Source: a virus
Lineage: Duplodnaviria > Heunggongvirae > Uroviricota > Caudoviricetes
Strand: one strand, 5' to 3'
Length of the DNA: 64,000 nt
Virus record (IMG/VR): IMGVR_UViG_2703718822_000010
The notes under the pieces are model-generated. The model saw only the letters and a list, made by a program, of their open reading frames with translations. It ran no database searches and was not told the origin of the DNA. Position 1 is the first letter of the stretch; every line of letters starts with the position of its first letter. The position numbers and the translations under genes are program-made. Positions 10,240 to 19,832 of this stretch are shown in pieces.

Positions 10240-10308
10240 CCCCAAATCCCGCCACAACGCGGGATTTTTATTTTAAACTTACCGGGAACGTGAGAACCGG
10301 AGGCTGAT

Positions 10309-10734
10309 ATGGCAGAAACTCAGATGAGCATGTTTGGTGGTGACAGTGAGCAACTGCACGCCCTTATCGACCGCCTTGATGACATCCCTGATGATGTTCT
10401 CAAAAAGAACTGGCCGCGGACCCTGTCAGAACTGGTTGAAGTCACCGGCGCAGAACTTCAGCGTCAGGGGATTGAGCCGGTACTGGCCGGTAAACTGGCA
10501 CGCAAGGTGGCTGCGGCTCAGGCAGCCTATATGGGCGGACGGGGTTATTACCTGCCGGTCGGGGAATCTCTCTTTGCCGAGCTGCGAAACAATGAGATAT
10601 TTTCGCGCTGGGACCGGGGCGAGAAAATTGAATCCCTTCGCCGCCATTACCGGATGTCAGAAACCCAGATTTATACCGTCATACGTGAACAGCGCCGTCT
10701 GCATCTGGCAAGAACGCAACCGCCACTTTTCTGA
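10309..10734 (+). CDS. Mor/C-family transcription activator
   Basis: 141 aa immediately upstream of the endolysin; only one Mor/C-family member is present. Confidence 0.7.
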   Translation: MAETQMSMFGGDSEQLHALIDRLDDIPDDVLKKNWPRTLSELVEVTGAELQRQGIEPVLAGKLARKVAAAQAAYMGGRGYYLPVGESLFAELRNNEIFSRWDRGEKIESLRRHYRMSETQIYTVIREQRRLHLARTQPPLF

Positions 10735-10805
10735 TATTCCGCAAAGCCTGCCGCCTTTCCTTCACCGTTACGCTGACTCAGAGAACATCATGAGACAGCG
10801 TAACA

Positions 10806-11306
10806 ATGCCAAAACTCCCCGCACCACTGCGTAAAAAGCTGATTGCCCTTGTTCTGGCCGGTGCCGGGACGTTCACGATTGCCACGCATTACACCGGTTA
10901 CTGGGAAGGGAAAGAAAACTCCACGTATATCGATCCCACCGGTACACCCACCATCTGTTACGGCCATACCGGCCCGGATGTGAAACCGGGTATGACCCTG
11001 ACGGATGAAGAATGCCTGGAACTACTGGAAAAGGACATGAAATGGGCCTTTGCGGCCATTGATCGGCGTGTTCAGGTGCCGCTTACCCGTGGTCAGACTG
11101 TGGCGCTGGCTTCGTGGATCTTCTGGGCCGGTGAAACGAACTTCCGCAACTCCACGCTTCTGCGCCTGATCAATGCCGGGCAGATGCCCGCGTCCTGTAA
11201 GCAGTATATCCGCTGGATTTATTCAAAGGGGGTGAAACTCCCCGGCCTTGAGGCCCGCCGTTCGGCGGATGAATGGTTATGTCGCTACGACTTGCCGAAA
11301 GTCTGA
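10806..11306 (+). CDS. lys: SAR endolysin (T4-lysozyme family)
   Basis: N-terminal signal-anchor segment LIALVLAGAGTFTIA followed by the E-x8-D-x5-T catalytic triad in EGKENSTYIDPTGTPT. Confidence 0.85.
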   Translation: MPKLPAPLRKKLIALVLAGAGTFTIATHYTGYWEGKENSTYIDPTGTPTICYGHTGPDVKPGMTLTDEECLELLEKDMKWAFAAIDRRVQVPLTRGQTVALASWIFWAGETNFRNSTLLRLINAGQMPASCKQYIRWIYSKGVKLPGLEARRSADEWLCRYDLPKV

Positions 11307-11379
11307 ACCGCTTCTGGCGACCGCTCATGATAGCGCTGCTGTGTGCGGTACTGCTGTTACGGGGTGTCCTGTGGCTGCG

Positions 11380-11769
11380 GTGAATAATGCCTTACCGGCC
11401 CTGATTGCCGGGGCGTGCATGGCGGCGCTGGGGATTATCGCTGTACTGGTTGCCGCGATATGGGGAATGCACCAGAAGACGCAGCGCCTTGAAGACAATA
11501 ATCAGGTGCTTGTGCGTGAGCGGGATGAGGCGCGTCAGGTGCTGGCAAATCAGCAGCACACCCTGCAACTCATTTCACAAATCAGTGAGGCGGCCACGAA
11601 TGAAAAACAACAGAACATTCAGCACAGCGAGGGACAGCAGAGCGTTGTCCGCCGGTCGCTGGCAGCGGTGCCTGCGGCCTCTGCCCCTGTTCCTGATGAT
11701 GTGGCTGATCGGGTGCGCCGGGCCGTCTGTGAAATACGTGCCTGTGAAGCCGGTGCCGATCCCCGCTGA
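11380..11769 (+). CDS. i-spanin (Rz-like)
   Basis: N-terminal transmembrane segment then coiled coil; start uncertain (GTG 11380 or ATG 11419). Confidence 0.6.
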   Translation: MNNALPALIAGACMAALGIIAVLVAAIWGMHQKTQRLEDNNQVLVRERDEARQVLANQQHTLQLISQISEAATNEKQQNIQHSEGQQSVVRRSLAAVPAASAPVPDDVADRVRRAVCEIRACEAGADPR

Positions 11770-11971
11770 ATGGCTGGCTGACTGCCTGGTCCCTCCTGTG
11801 CCGGAGCCGTTCACGTTTGGGGCATCGGTCACTTACAACCTGCAACTGCTGGCGGTGATCAAGAACTGCAACGTGGACAAGGCCAGTATTCGTCGTCTGG
11901 AGGCGCGGCGACAACATGAATTTACTGATATGGCCGGAACGCCTGCTGTTCCGGCAGGAAAGACGAAGTAA
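11600..11971 (+). CDS. o-spanin (Rz1-like lipoprotein) overlapping the i-spanin in another frame
   Basis: Internal Met followed by lipobox LIGCAG and a Pro-rich region. Confidence 0.6.
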   Translation: MKNNRTFSTARDSRALSAGRWQRCLRPLPLFLMMWLIGCAGPSVKYVPVKPVPIPAEWLADCLVPPVPEPFTFGASVTYNLQLLAVIKNCNVDKASIRRLEARRQHEFTDMAGTPAVPAGKTK

Positions 11972-11981
11972 GGAAAAAGGT

Positions 11982-12209
11982 ATGGATGATTCAGATCGTG
12001 CTCAGGCTGTGATGGAGCGGGGATCAGAACGCGCCCTTTGTAACCGGCTGACACGTAAGCGCCGGGCAATGGATGCTCCGGGCAGACGTGTCTGCGCGGA
12101 CTGTGGCGGAGAGATCCCCGCCGCACGTCTTGTTGCTGTGCCGGATGCCATCCGTTGTGTGAACTGCCAGAACATCATGGAGGCCCGTCATGTGGGTCAG
12201 CATCGTTAA
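11982..12209 (+). CDS. TraR/DksA-family C4 zinc-finger protein
   Basis: CADCGGEIP...CVNC motif. Confidence 0.65.
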   Translation: MDDSDRAQAVMERGSERALCNRLTRKRRAMDAPGRRVCADCGGEIPAARLVAVPDAIRCVNCQNIMEARHVGQHR

Positions 12210-12501
12210 AGATTATGTTGTGCCGATCCTTTCGGCGACGGCAACCGCTGGCGGGATATTCATGGCGCTGATGCGCAAAACGTTTGTCCCCCGCGAGGCC
12301 TTTGAAAAACTCTCCGACCGCGTTGAGAAGGTGGAAACCCGCCTGTCGTCACTGCCGACAGAAGCTGAGGTCAACCGTCTGAATGTGGAAATCGTGACCC
12401 TGCGGGGTGAACTGAAAACCACGAACGCCACGCTCCGCTCTGTCTCCTATCAGAACGAACTGCTGCTGGAGCAGGCGGTAAGGAAAAAAACGAATGAGTA
12501 A
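12190..12501 (+). CDS. Mu gp25-like membrane protein
   Basis: 103 aa with one transmembrane segment then coiled coil; synteny with Mu gp25. Confidence 0.5.
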   Translation: MWVSIVKDYVVPILSATATAGGIFMALMRKTFVPREAFEKLSDRVEKVETRLSSLPTEAEVNRLNVEIVTLRGELKTTNATLRSVSYQNELLLEQAVRKKTNE

Positions 12502-12784
12502 TTTCATTACTGAAGATCAGCGTCTGGTCATTCTGCGGTCGCTGGCAGATTACAACGGTGAACTGGGTGAATCCGTGCTCCAGGACTGTCTGGATGATTA
12601 CGGCCACCGCGTGTCCCGCGACACCGTTCACACCCACATTGCCTGGCTTGCCGAGCAGGGACTGGTGCGCAAACGCGTTCTGATTAACGGTTATTTCATC
12701 GCGGAACTGACCGGCCGGGGGCAGGATGTGGCGGAAGGCCGCGCCAGCGTTCCGGGTGTGAAGAAACCACGCGCAAGGGGGTAA
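12494..12784 (+). CDS. Mu gp26-like protein
   Basis: 96 aa; synteny before the terminase genes. Confidence 0.45.
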   Translation: MSNFITEDQRLVILRSLADYNGELGESVLQDCLDDYGHRVSRDTVHTHIAWLAEQGLVRKRVLINGYFIAELTGRGQDVAEGRASVPGVKKPRARG

Positions 12785-12786
12785 CG

Positions 12787-13368
12787 ATGGACAAGCCGAC
12801 GCGTGGACGCGTGCGCAAGGTGGATTTGCTCCCCGACAGCATCCGTAAGCCACTGCTGGAAATGCTGCGTGAAAAACGTCTGACGCAGGTCCAGATACGC
12901 GAGGAAATCAACCGTCTGATCCGTGAGGCGGGCCTGCCGGAAGAGCAGCAGCTTTCACCGGCGGCCATCAGCCGGGAAGCCTCCCGTAATGAGCTGATTG
13001 CCCGTAACCTGCGTGATTTACGCGAGCAGACAAAAGCCATGATGGCCGAACTGGGGGACAAGCCAACCGGTGAAACCACTGCATTGATCCTGGAGATGTC
13101 CCGCGCCCTGATGTACCGCCGTCTGCGTGCCGCGACCGAATCCCTGAACAGTGACAGCGACGTGGATATGCGTCTTATTAAGGACATCCTCCTGTCAGCA
13201 CAGCGTGCGGAAAGTGCCGCCGAGCGCAGCATTAAGCGTGAAAAAGAAATCCGGGCCGCATTTGCTGAAGAGATGGCAAACGCCGTCACCGACGAGCTGC
13301 GCGGCGTGGACGGGATGAGTGAACAGCTTGAGTCCCGTATTAAGGGGATTCTGTTGGGTAAAGCCTGA
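12787..13368 (+). CDS. Terminase small subunit-like (Mu gp27 position)
   Basis: 193 aa immediately upstream of the large terminase with ATGA overlap. Confidence 0.6.
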   Translation: MDKPTRGRVRKVDLLPDSIRKPLLEMLREKRLTQVQIREEINRLIREAGLPEEQQLSPAAISREASRNELIARNLRDLREQTKAMMAELGDKPTGETTALILEMSRALMYRRLRAATESLNSDSDVDMRLIKDILLSAQRAESAAERSIKREKEIRAAFAEEMANAVTDELRGVDGMSEQLESRIKGILLGKA

Positions 13369-15032
13369 TGAATAACGCCGAAGAACTCTCCCCCTTACTG
13401 ACGAATACCGTCTCCACCCGCAAAATTGATCTGGCCGGTGAAAAAGCCCTGCTGGGCGTGGATGTGCCGGACAGCCTTGATTTGCCCGGTGATATGCCGG
13501 TATTTCTGGATTATCAGGCCCGCTGGTTTGAGGATGAAAGCGAGGTCTGCATCGCGGAAAAATCCCGCCGCACCGGGCTTACCTGGGCGGAAGCCGGGCG
13601 TAACGTCATTACCGCCGCAAAGCCTAAGCGGCGTGGTGGCCGCAATGTGTTTTATGTGGGGTCAAAGCAGGAGATGGCGCTGGAATATATTTCTGCCTGC
13701 GCACTGTTCTCCCGTGCCTTTAACCAGCTGGCAGATGCTGATGTGTATGAGCAGACCTTCTGGGATCGGGATAAAAAAGAAGAAATTCTGACCTACATGA
13801 TCCGCTTTCCGAACAGTGGATTCAAAATTCAGGCACTGTCTTCCCGTCCGTCAAACCTGCGCGGCCTTCAGGGGGATGTGGTGATTGATGAAGCCGCGTT
13901 CCACGAGTCACTGGATGAGCTTCTCAAGGCGGCAATGGCGCTTACCATGTGGGGCGCGCGCGTGCGTATTATCTCCACGCATAACGGCGTCGATAATCTG
14001 TTTAATCAGTACATTCAGGAAGCCCGCGAAGGGCGCAAGGATTACAGCGTCCACCGCATTACCCTGGATGATGCCATTGCGGACGGGCTGTACCGTCGTA
14101 TCTGTTATGTCACCGGCCGCGAATGGTCACCGGAAAGCGAGCAGAAGTGGCGTGATGATCTCTACAAAAACGCCCCGACCCGTGAGGATGCCGACGAGGA
14201 ATACGGCTGTATCCCGAAAAAATCCGGCGGTGCCTATATTCCTCACGCGCTTATTGAAATGGCGATGATCCGCGACATCCCGATTCTGACGTTTGAAGCC
14301 CCGGACGACTTCATCAGCCGTGCCGCATGGCTGCGTGAATCGGAGGTTTTAACCTGGTGTGAAGAACATTTAAAACCGCTTTTAGAGGCGTTAAATTCCC
14401 GTTCCCGCTTCAGCTTCGGGGAAGACTTTGCCCGCACCGGAGACCTGTCCTGTTTTGTGCTGCTGGAAATCACTGAATCCCTGGCAAAACGCGAGGTGTT
14501 TCGCGTGGAGCTGCGCAACCTGCCGTATGCCCAGCAGGAGCAGGTGATGATGTACATCCTGACCCGCGTTCCGGCGCTGGTCGGTGCGGCGTTCGACGCC
14601 ACCGGTAACGGCGGCTATCTGGCCGAAGCCGCGCTGCTGGCCTTTGGCCCGGACATCATCGACTGCGTGATGTTATCGCCGAAGTGGTACTGCGAGTGGA
14701 TGCCAAAACTGAAGGCCGAGTTTGAGGATCAGAATATCCTCGTCGCCCGCCATCAGACCACGCTTGATGATTTGCGCCATGTGAAGGTGGTGAACGGTAT
14801 CCCGCAAATTGACAAGGGGCGTACGAAGGACCAGAACGCAACGGCTGTGAACGCCCGCCGCCATGGCGATTTTGCCGTGGCGCTCTGTATGGCAAACCGG
14901 GCGTCATACATGGAGGGCTTCATCCTGGATGAATCAGCCTGTCAGGCGCTGCCGGAGCGGTCGCGGGCCATGGAGGGCGGTTATCGTGATGACGATGAGG
15001 CATATCATGAATTTGATCGGGGGTGCTGGTAG
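13368..15032 (+). CDS. Terminase large subunit (Mu gp28-like)
   Basis: 554 aa; position and size. Confidence 0.75.
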   Translation: MNNAEELSPLLTNTVSTRKIDLAGEKALLGVDVPDSLDLPGDMPVFLDYQARWFEDESEVCIAEKSRRTGLTWAEAGRNVITAAKPKRRGGRNVFYVGSKQEMALEYISACALFSRAFNQLADADVYEQTFWDRDKKEEILTYMIRFPNSGFKIQALSSRPSNLRGLQGDVVIDEAAFHESLDELLKAAMALTMWGARVRIISTHNGVDNLFNQYIQEAREGRKDYSVHRITLDDAIADGLYRRICYVTGREWSPESEQKWRDDLYKNAPTREDADEEYGCIPKKSGGAYIPHALIEMAMIRDIPILTFEAPDDFISRAAWLRESEVLTWCEEHLKPLLEALNSRSRFSFGEDFARTGDLSCFVLLEITESLAKREVFRVELRNLPYAQQEQVMMYILTRVPALVGAAFDATGNGGYLAEAALLAFGPDIIDCVMLSPKWYCEWMPKLKAEFEDQNILVARHQTTLDDLRHVKVVNGIPQIDKGRTKDQNATAVNARRHGDFAVALCMANRASYMEGFILDESACQALPERSRAMEGGYRDDDEAYHEFDRGCW

Positions 15033-16621
15033 TGGGACGTATAATTGATCTTGACGGAAAACCTTTCTCCTTTGACCCGGAGATGCAGAGTGCCGCGCTG
15101 GATATTCCGCAGATTGCCAGCCGTTATATTGAACATCCGGCCTCGGGTATCACCCCGAACCGGGCGGCACAGTGCCTTCGCGGGGCTGAACGTGGCGATC
15201 TGATTGCCCAGTCCGATCTGGCCGCTGACATTGAAGAAAAGGATACCCATCTTTTTGCAGAGCTGGGCAAGCGACGTCTTGCCATTCAGGGGGTGCCCTG
15301 GAGTATTGAGCCGCCCCCGAACGCCAGCGCGAATGAGAAAAAGGACGCGGAAATGCTCGACGAATACCTGCATTCCGCCGACTGGTTTGATGCCATGCTG
15401 TTTGATGCCACCGATGCCATCCTGAAAGGCTATTCCTGCATGGAGATTGAGCACGGGATGCTCGGTAAAATGCACATCATCCGCGCCATCCGCTGGCGTG
15501 ACAGCGGGCATTTCTGCCTTAACCCGGATGATTTGAGCGAACTGCGGCTGCGTGACGGCAGCCATGCCGGGGTGGCGTTTCAGCCCTTTGGCTGGATAGT
15601 GCATCAGTCACGTTCACGCACCGGTTACGGCGGCGCAACAGGGCTTGTCAGAACGCTTATCTGGCCGTTCATTTTCAAAAACTATTCCGTGCGCGATCTG
15701 GCTGAATTTCTGGAGGTGTACGGCCTGCCGATGAAGGTCGGTAAATACCCGTCCGGGGCAACACCGGAGCAGAAAAGCGCCCTGATGCGGGCGGTGATGG
15801 ATATCGGGCGACGTACAGGCGGGATCATCCCGGCCGGGATGTCGCTGGAGTTTCAGGCAGCCGCGAACGGTCAGGCCGATCCGTTTGAAACCATGATTTC
15901 GTGGGGGGAGCGTTCCATCTCCAAAGCAATACTCGGCGGCACGCTGACCACGGAAGCCGGAGACAAAGGCGCGCGCTCGCTGGGTGAAGTGCATAACGAG
16001 GTGCGCCGGGAAATCAGGGATTCTGATTTACGCCAGCTGGCCGCCACGCTGAACCGCGATCTGGTGTATCCGCTGTATGCCCTGAACACCGCCCACGCCA
16101 TTGATATCCGTCGCCTGCCGCGTATCTGTTTCCAGACAAAAGAGCCGGGGGATATCACCAAAATCACCAGTGCGGTGATGCAGCTCAGTACGGGGATGGA
16201 TATTCCTGATCCCTGGGTACGGGAGCAGACCGGTATTCCACAGCCTGCCCCCGGTGAAGCCATCTTCCGTGTCCGTCAGAGTGGCAATGAACCTGCTCAG
16301 ACAGACAAAGAGATGCCACCGGAAAAACAGGAGAAGACAGAGCAGACAGCGCTGGCTGCCAGACTGCCGGAAGCGAAGAGCAGCCCCCGAGATGAACTGG
16401 ACGACATGGGGGATGCGGTGCCTGCCCGCCGGTTACAGGAGGCCATCGACCCGGTACTGGAGCCGGTCATTGAAGCCATCAGAACGCGGGGGCTGGCGGA
16501 GGCACTGGCAGACCTGCCTGCCCTTTACCGTGAAATGGATGATTCCCGCCTGATGACGCTGCTCAGTGATGCCATGTTTGCTGCGGAAATGAAGGGGATG
16601 CTGGATGGCACAGGGGATTGA
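15023..16621 (+). CDS. Portal protein (Mu gp29-like)
   Basis: 532 aa following the terminase. Confidence 0.75.
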   Translation: MLVVGRIIDLDGKPFSFDPEMQSAALDIPQIASRYIEHPASGITPNRAAQCLRGAERGDLIAQSDLAADIEEKDTHLFAELGKRRLAIQGVPWSIEPPPNASANEKKDAEMLDEYLHSADWFDAMLFDATDAILKGYSCMEIEHGMLGKMHIIRAIRWRDSGHFCLNPDDLSELRLRDGSHAGVAFQPFGWIVHQSRSRTGYGGATGLVRTLIWPFIFKNYSVRDLAEFLEVYGLPMKVGKYPSGATPEQKSALMRAVMDIGRRTGGIIPAGMSLEFQAAANGQADPFETMISWGERSISKAILGGTLTTEAGDKGARSLGEVHNEVRREIRDSDLRQLAATLNRDLVYPLYALNTAHAIDIRRLPRICFQTKEPGDITKITSAVMQLSTGMDIPDPWVREQTGIPQPAPGEAIFRVRQSGNEPAQTDKEMPPEKQEKTEQTALAARLPEAKSSPRDELDDMGDAVPARRLQEAIDPVLEPVIEAIRTRGLAEALADLPALYREMDDSRLMTLLSDAMFAAEMKGMLDGTGD

Positions 16622-17936
16622 TTTAGGTTATGCCGCCACGCTTCCCTCAAAAGAGGCGGTGGCATACTTCCGCGCCAAAGGGGCGCATATCAGCTGGAAC
16701 TGGTTCGAAACAAACGCAGATGTTCATGCCCGTTCATTCACGGCGGCAAAAGTGGCACGCCTGGACGTACTGACCACACTACAGGCGGAAGTGCAGCGTG
16801 CTGTTGATGAGGGGATTTCACAGAAAGCATTTATCCGCACACTGACACCCCGCCTGCAAAAGCTGGGATGGTGGGGAAAACAGATTGTGGTGGACAGTGC
16901 CGGTAACGCGGAAGAAGTGCAGCTGGGCAGTCCCCGCCATCTGGCGCTGATTTACAACGTGAACACCCGTGTGGCTTACAATGCCGGGCGTTACACGCAG
17001 ATGATGAACAACACGGACACGCATCCGTTCTGGCAGTATGTGGCGGTGATGGACAGCCGCACCCGCCCGGCGCATTCCGCCCTTAACGGTCTGGTATTCC
17101 GCTATGACGATCCGTTCTGGAATACACACTACCCGCCCAATGGCTGGAACTGTCGCTGCCGTGTCCGGCCATTGTCTCAGGCCCGTCTGGATGCGATGGG
17201 GTTATCCGTTTCATCCGGTCAGGATCATCTCTCCACCCGCAATGTTGAGGCTGGCGTGGATAAGCAGACCGGGGAAGTCAGAGAAATGCCGGTGACCACA
17301 TATTCAGATGGCACCAGAACCATGACACCGGATGTGGGCTGGTCATATAACCCCGGTTCGGCGGCGTTCGGCACAGACCAGGCGCTGATCCGTAAACTGA
17401 TCGAGGTGAAAAGCCCGGCGCTGCGGGAAATGGTGGTTCAGGAGATGAACAACAGCCCGGAGCGGCAACTGGCGTTCCGCATCTGGGCAAAAAACATCAT
17501 GAAAACCCGGCGAGGCGGTAACGATATCCGCACGCTGGGCTTTATGACCGAAAGCATTGCGCAGGCGGTGGAAAGCCGGACGGGAACGCCACCGGCCCGC
17601 CTGCTGGCGATGAGCGGTAAAAATGTGCTCCATGCGGACAGCATGAAACATCAGAATGACGGTATCGCCCTGACGCCGGAGGATTTCGGGCGCTTACCGG
17701 CAATGCTGGCAAGGCCAAAAGCGGTACTGTGGGACAAACGGCACAACAATCTGATGTATATCGTGGAAAATCAGGATGGCAGTGTGCAGATTGCCGTTAA
17801 TGCACCGTACAGCCTGAAGCGTCAGCCGGATAAACTGGATGTGATTGTTAATGCTTACCGGGTTATCAATATGGATAAGCTGAAATCGGATATCCGGGGC
17901 GGAATGCTTGAGGTACTGGAAGGAGATATTGATTAA
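16605..17936 (+). CDS. Head morphogenesis protein (Mu F/gp30-like)
   Basis: 443 aa following the portal. Confidence 0.7.
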   Translation: MAQGIDLGYAATLPSKEAVAYFRAKGAHISWNWFETNADVHARSFTAAKVARLDVLTTLQAEVQRAVDEGISQKAFIRTLTPRLQKLGWWGKQIVVDSAGNAEEVQLGSPRHLALIYNVNTRVAYNAGRYTQMMNNTDTHPFWQYVAVMDSRTRPAHSALNGLVFRYDDPFWNTHYPPNGWNCRCRVRPLSQARLDAMGLSVSSGQDHLSTRNVEAGVDKQTGEVREMPVTTYSDGTRTMTPDVGWSYNPGSAAFGTDQALIRKLIEVKSPALREMVVQEMNNSPERQLAFRIWAKNIMKTRRGGNDIRTLGFMTESIAQAVESRTGTPPARLLAMSGKNVLHADSMKHQNDGIALTPEDFGRLPAMLARPKAVLWDKRHNNLMYIVENQDGSVQIAVNAPYSLKRQPDKLDVIVNAYRVINMDKLKSDIRGGMLEVLEGDID

Positions 17937-17940
17937 CGGT

Positions 17941-18024
17941 CAGTGGCGGGGGTCGAACCCGCATACATGATCCACCCGGAGGCAGGCACCGACTTTACCA
18001 GTTAAGCGTACACTGACCGCCTGT
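17941..18024 (-). other. tRNA-like element (degenerate)
   Basis: Minus-strand RNA has a 7-bp acceptor stem GTCAGTG/CACTGAC, U8-A9, a D-loop with GG and a T-arm GCGGG-TTCGACC-CCCGC, but no canonical anticodon stem and no encoded CCA. Confidence 0.3.
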
Positions 18025-18057
18025 TTATTTTATATTCATCCTTTATGCGGAGGCAAT

Positions 18058-18531
18058 ATGTCATCCATTGATGCCGCTGTCGTTGTTGACGTTACGCGTC
18101 TCCAGCGGGTCTTTGCCCGGCTTCAGTTTGTGGGTGGTGGAAAAGACCTGACCCGCAGTGTGGCGTCCAGCCTTCTGTCATCGTCAGAAATGGCGTTTGA
18201 ACAGGAAAAAGAGCCGGACGGCGAACGCTGGCATGACTGGTCAGATCCTTACCGCAAGTGGCGTACCCGTAAGGGATACATGCCCGGCAAAATCCTGACG
18301 CTGAACGGCGATCTGGCCCGACGCCTGACCACGGATTATGGCGATACCTGGGCGCTGATTGGATCAAATGAGCCTTATGCGGCCATTCATCAGTGGGGGG
18401 GCCTGCCAGGTATGCCGCCTGGACCGGCGGCCATTGGTGCACGTCCGTATATGGGCTTTGATCAGGTGGCAGAGCAGGAGATCATGGACGAAATCAGAAA
18501 ACGCTTTAAAAAGGCCACAGAAACGCCTTAA
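18058..18531 (+). CDS. Virion morphogenesis protein (Mu G/gp31-like)
   Basis: 157 aa between the F-like and protease genes. Confidence 0.65.
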   Translation: MSSIDAAVVVDVTRLQRVFARLQFVGGGKDLTRSVASSLLSSSEMAFEQEKEPDGERWHDWSDPYRKWRTRKGYMPGKILTLNGDLARRLTTDYGDTWALIGSNEPYAAIHQWGGLPGMPPGPAAIGARPYMGFDQVAEQEIMDEIRKRFKKATETP

Positions 18532-18707
18532 TTGTTTAAGGTATGCAAATGCATTACCTTACCCCCTTCAGGCGCGTGTCGTGATTTTCTAACCTGAATT
18601 TAACGGGCTTTAAAATCTGCGTGAAGCGCCTTTGTATTTTTCCCCTGAAAGCACTTCCTGAAATCCCGCAAAACCCGCCCTGAAAATTCCCGGCCTATGC
18701 TGCCGGA
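18532..18707. promoter_or_regulatory. Candidate strong gyrase site (central G-I intergenic region)
   Basis: 176-bp non-coding gap between G-like and I-like genes, the position of the Mu SGS; motif not verified. Confidence 0.3.
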
Positions 18708-19832
18708 ATGAAGACGAAAAACACGCCCAAACTTGCTTATGCCATTCTGAATGCCATCAGCCTGTCCGCAGACGGGGACGGTGACTGGTGTCAGATCATG
18801 CCAGCCGGTCGGGTAAAGGCCCGTGACGGTCGCCCGGAAAAACCGGCCGAGGGCTGGCTGATCAACCATGCAGCCGTTGAGCGCATGGTCTCCCGTGTTG
18901 TGGCGCTCAATCAGCCGGTGAAAATTGACTACAACCACCAGACCCTGATTGAGGGACATCCGGCACCGGCTGCCGGTTTTGTGATGGCCTCACCGGAGAA
19001 TTTTCGCTTCAGTGAAGAGCGAGGTTTCGAGGTGCGCCCGAAGTGGAACCCTCCGGCCCTTGAACATCTGCGTAATAACGAATTCCCCTGGTTTTCACCG
19101 GTGATTGGCTATGACGAGAGCACCGGCGAACCTGTCGAACTTCGGATGCTGGCTATTACCGGTGACCCCGGTCTGACCGGCATGAATCCTGTCGCCGCAC
19201 TGTCGGCGGATGACCTTTATAACGCCTTAAACCCTCCTTTAAAGGATACCTCCATGAATGAGCAATTACGCCAGTTGCTGACGGCGCTCGGTCTGACCGT
19301 GGCTGACGGTGACGAATTTACGCCGGAGCTGGGCACGGCAGCGCTGTCTGCCCTCACCGGGATCAAAACCCGTGCGGATGCACACGACAACCTGAAAACA
19401 CAGGTCGCCAGTCTGTCGGCAGAGCTGGAAACTGCAAAAGGCACACCGGCTGGCGGCAGTATTGACCTGACGAAATACGTGCCCGTTGAAACGTATAACG
19501 CCCTGCGTACCGAATACGTTGCGCTGTCGGCGCAGCACGGCAGCACCACGCTGGAGCAGTTGCTGGACAAGGCCGAGTCCGAAGGACGCATCTTCAAAAG
19601 TGAACGCGGCTATCTGGAACAACTGGGCGGGCAGATTGGCGTGGCGGCACTTTCTGCACAGCTTGACGCCCGCCAGCCGGTTGCGGCCCTGACCGGCCTT
19701 CAGACCGACACCGTGACCGTGCCGGATAAAAAGACTGCCACCGCTGTGCTGTCGGCTGAAGATATCGCGGCCGCCAAACTGCTGGGTAAAACCGAAGCCG
19801 AGTTCCTGAAAATGAAAGAGGAAATGCAATAA
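18708..19832 (+). CDS. Head protease/scaffold (Mu I/gp32-like)
   Basis: 374 aa immediately upstream of the major capsid gene with overlapping stop/start. Confidence 0.7.
   Translation: MKTKNTPKLAYAILNAISLSADGDGDWCQIMPAGRVKARDGRPEKPAEGWLINHAAVERMVSRVVALNQPVKIDYNHQTLIEGHPAPAAGFVMASPENFRFSEERGFEVRPKWNPPALEHLRNNEFPWFSPVIGYDESTGEPVELRMLAITGDPGLTGMNPVAALSADDLYNALNPPLKDTSMNEQLRQLLTALGLTVADGDEFTPELGTAALSALTGIKTRADAHDNLKTQVASLSAELETAKGTPAGGSIDLTKYVPVETYNALRTEYVALSAQHGSTTLEQLLDKAESEGRIFKSERGYLEQLGGQIGVAALSAQLDARQPVAALTGLQTDTVTVPDKKTATAVLSAEDIAAAKLLGKTEAEFLKMKEEMQ

Noticed and set aside
10334-10834. 166-aa + strand ORF overlapping the Mor/C-family gene in another frame
   Set aside because: Alternative-frame ORF inside a gene with clear family features.
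12696-13289. 197-aa minus-strand Arg/Ser-rich ORF
   Set aside because: Antisense to the terminase small-subunit-like gene with low-complexity composition; no start context.
17941-18024. Genuine functional tRNA gene
   Set aside because: Acceptor, D and T arms are present but no canonical anticodon stem-loop can be drawn; reported only as a tRNA-like element.
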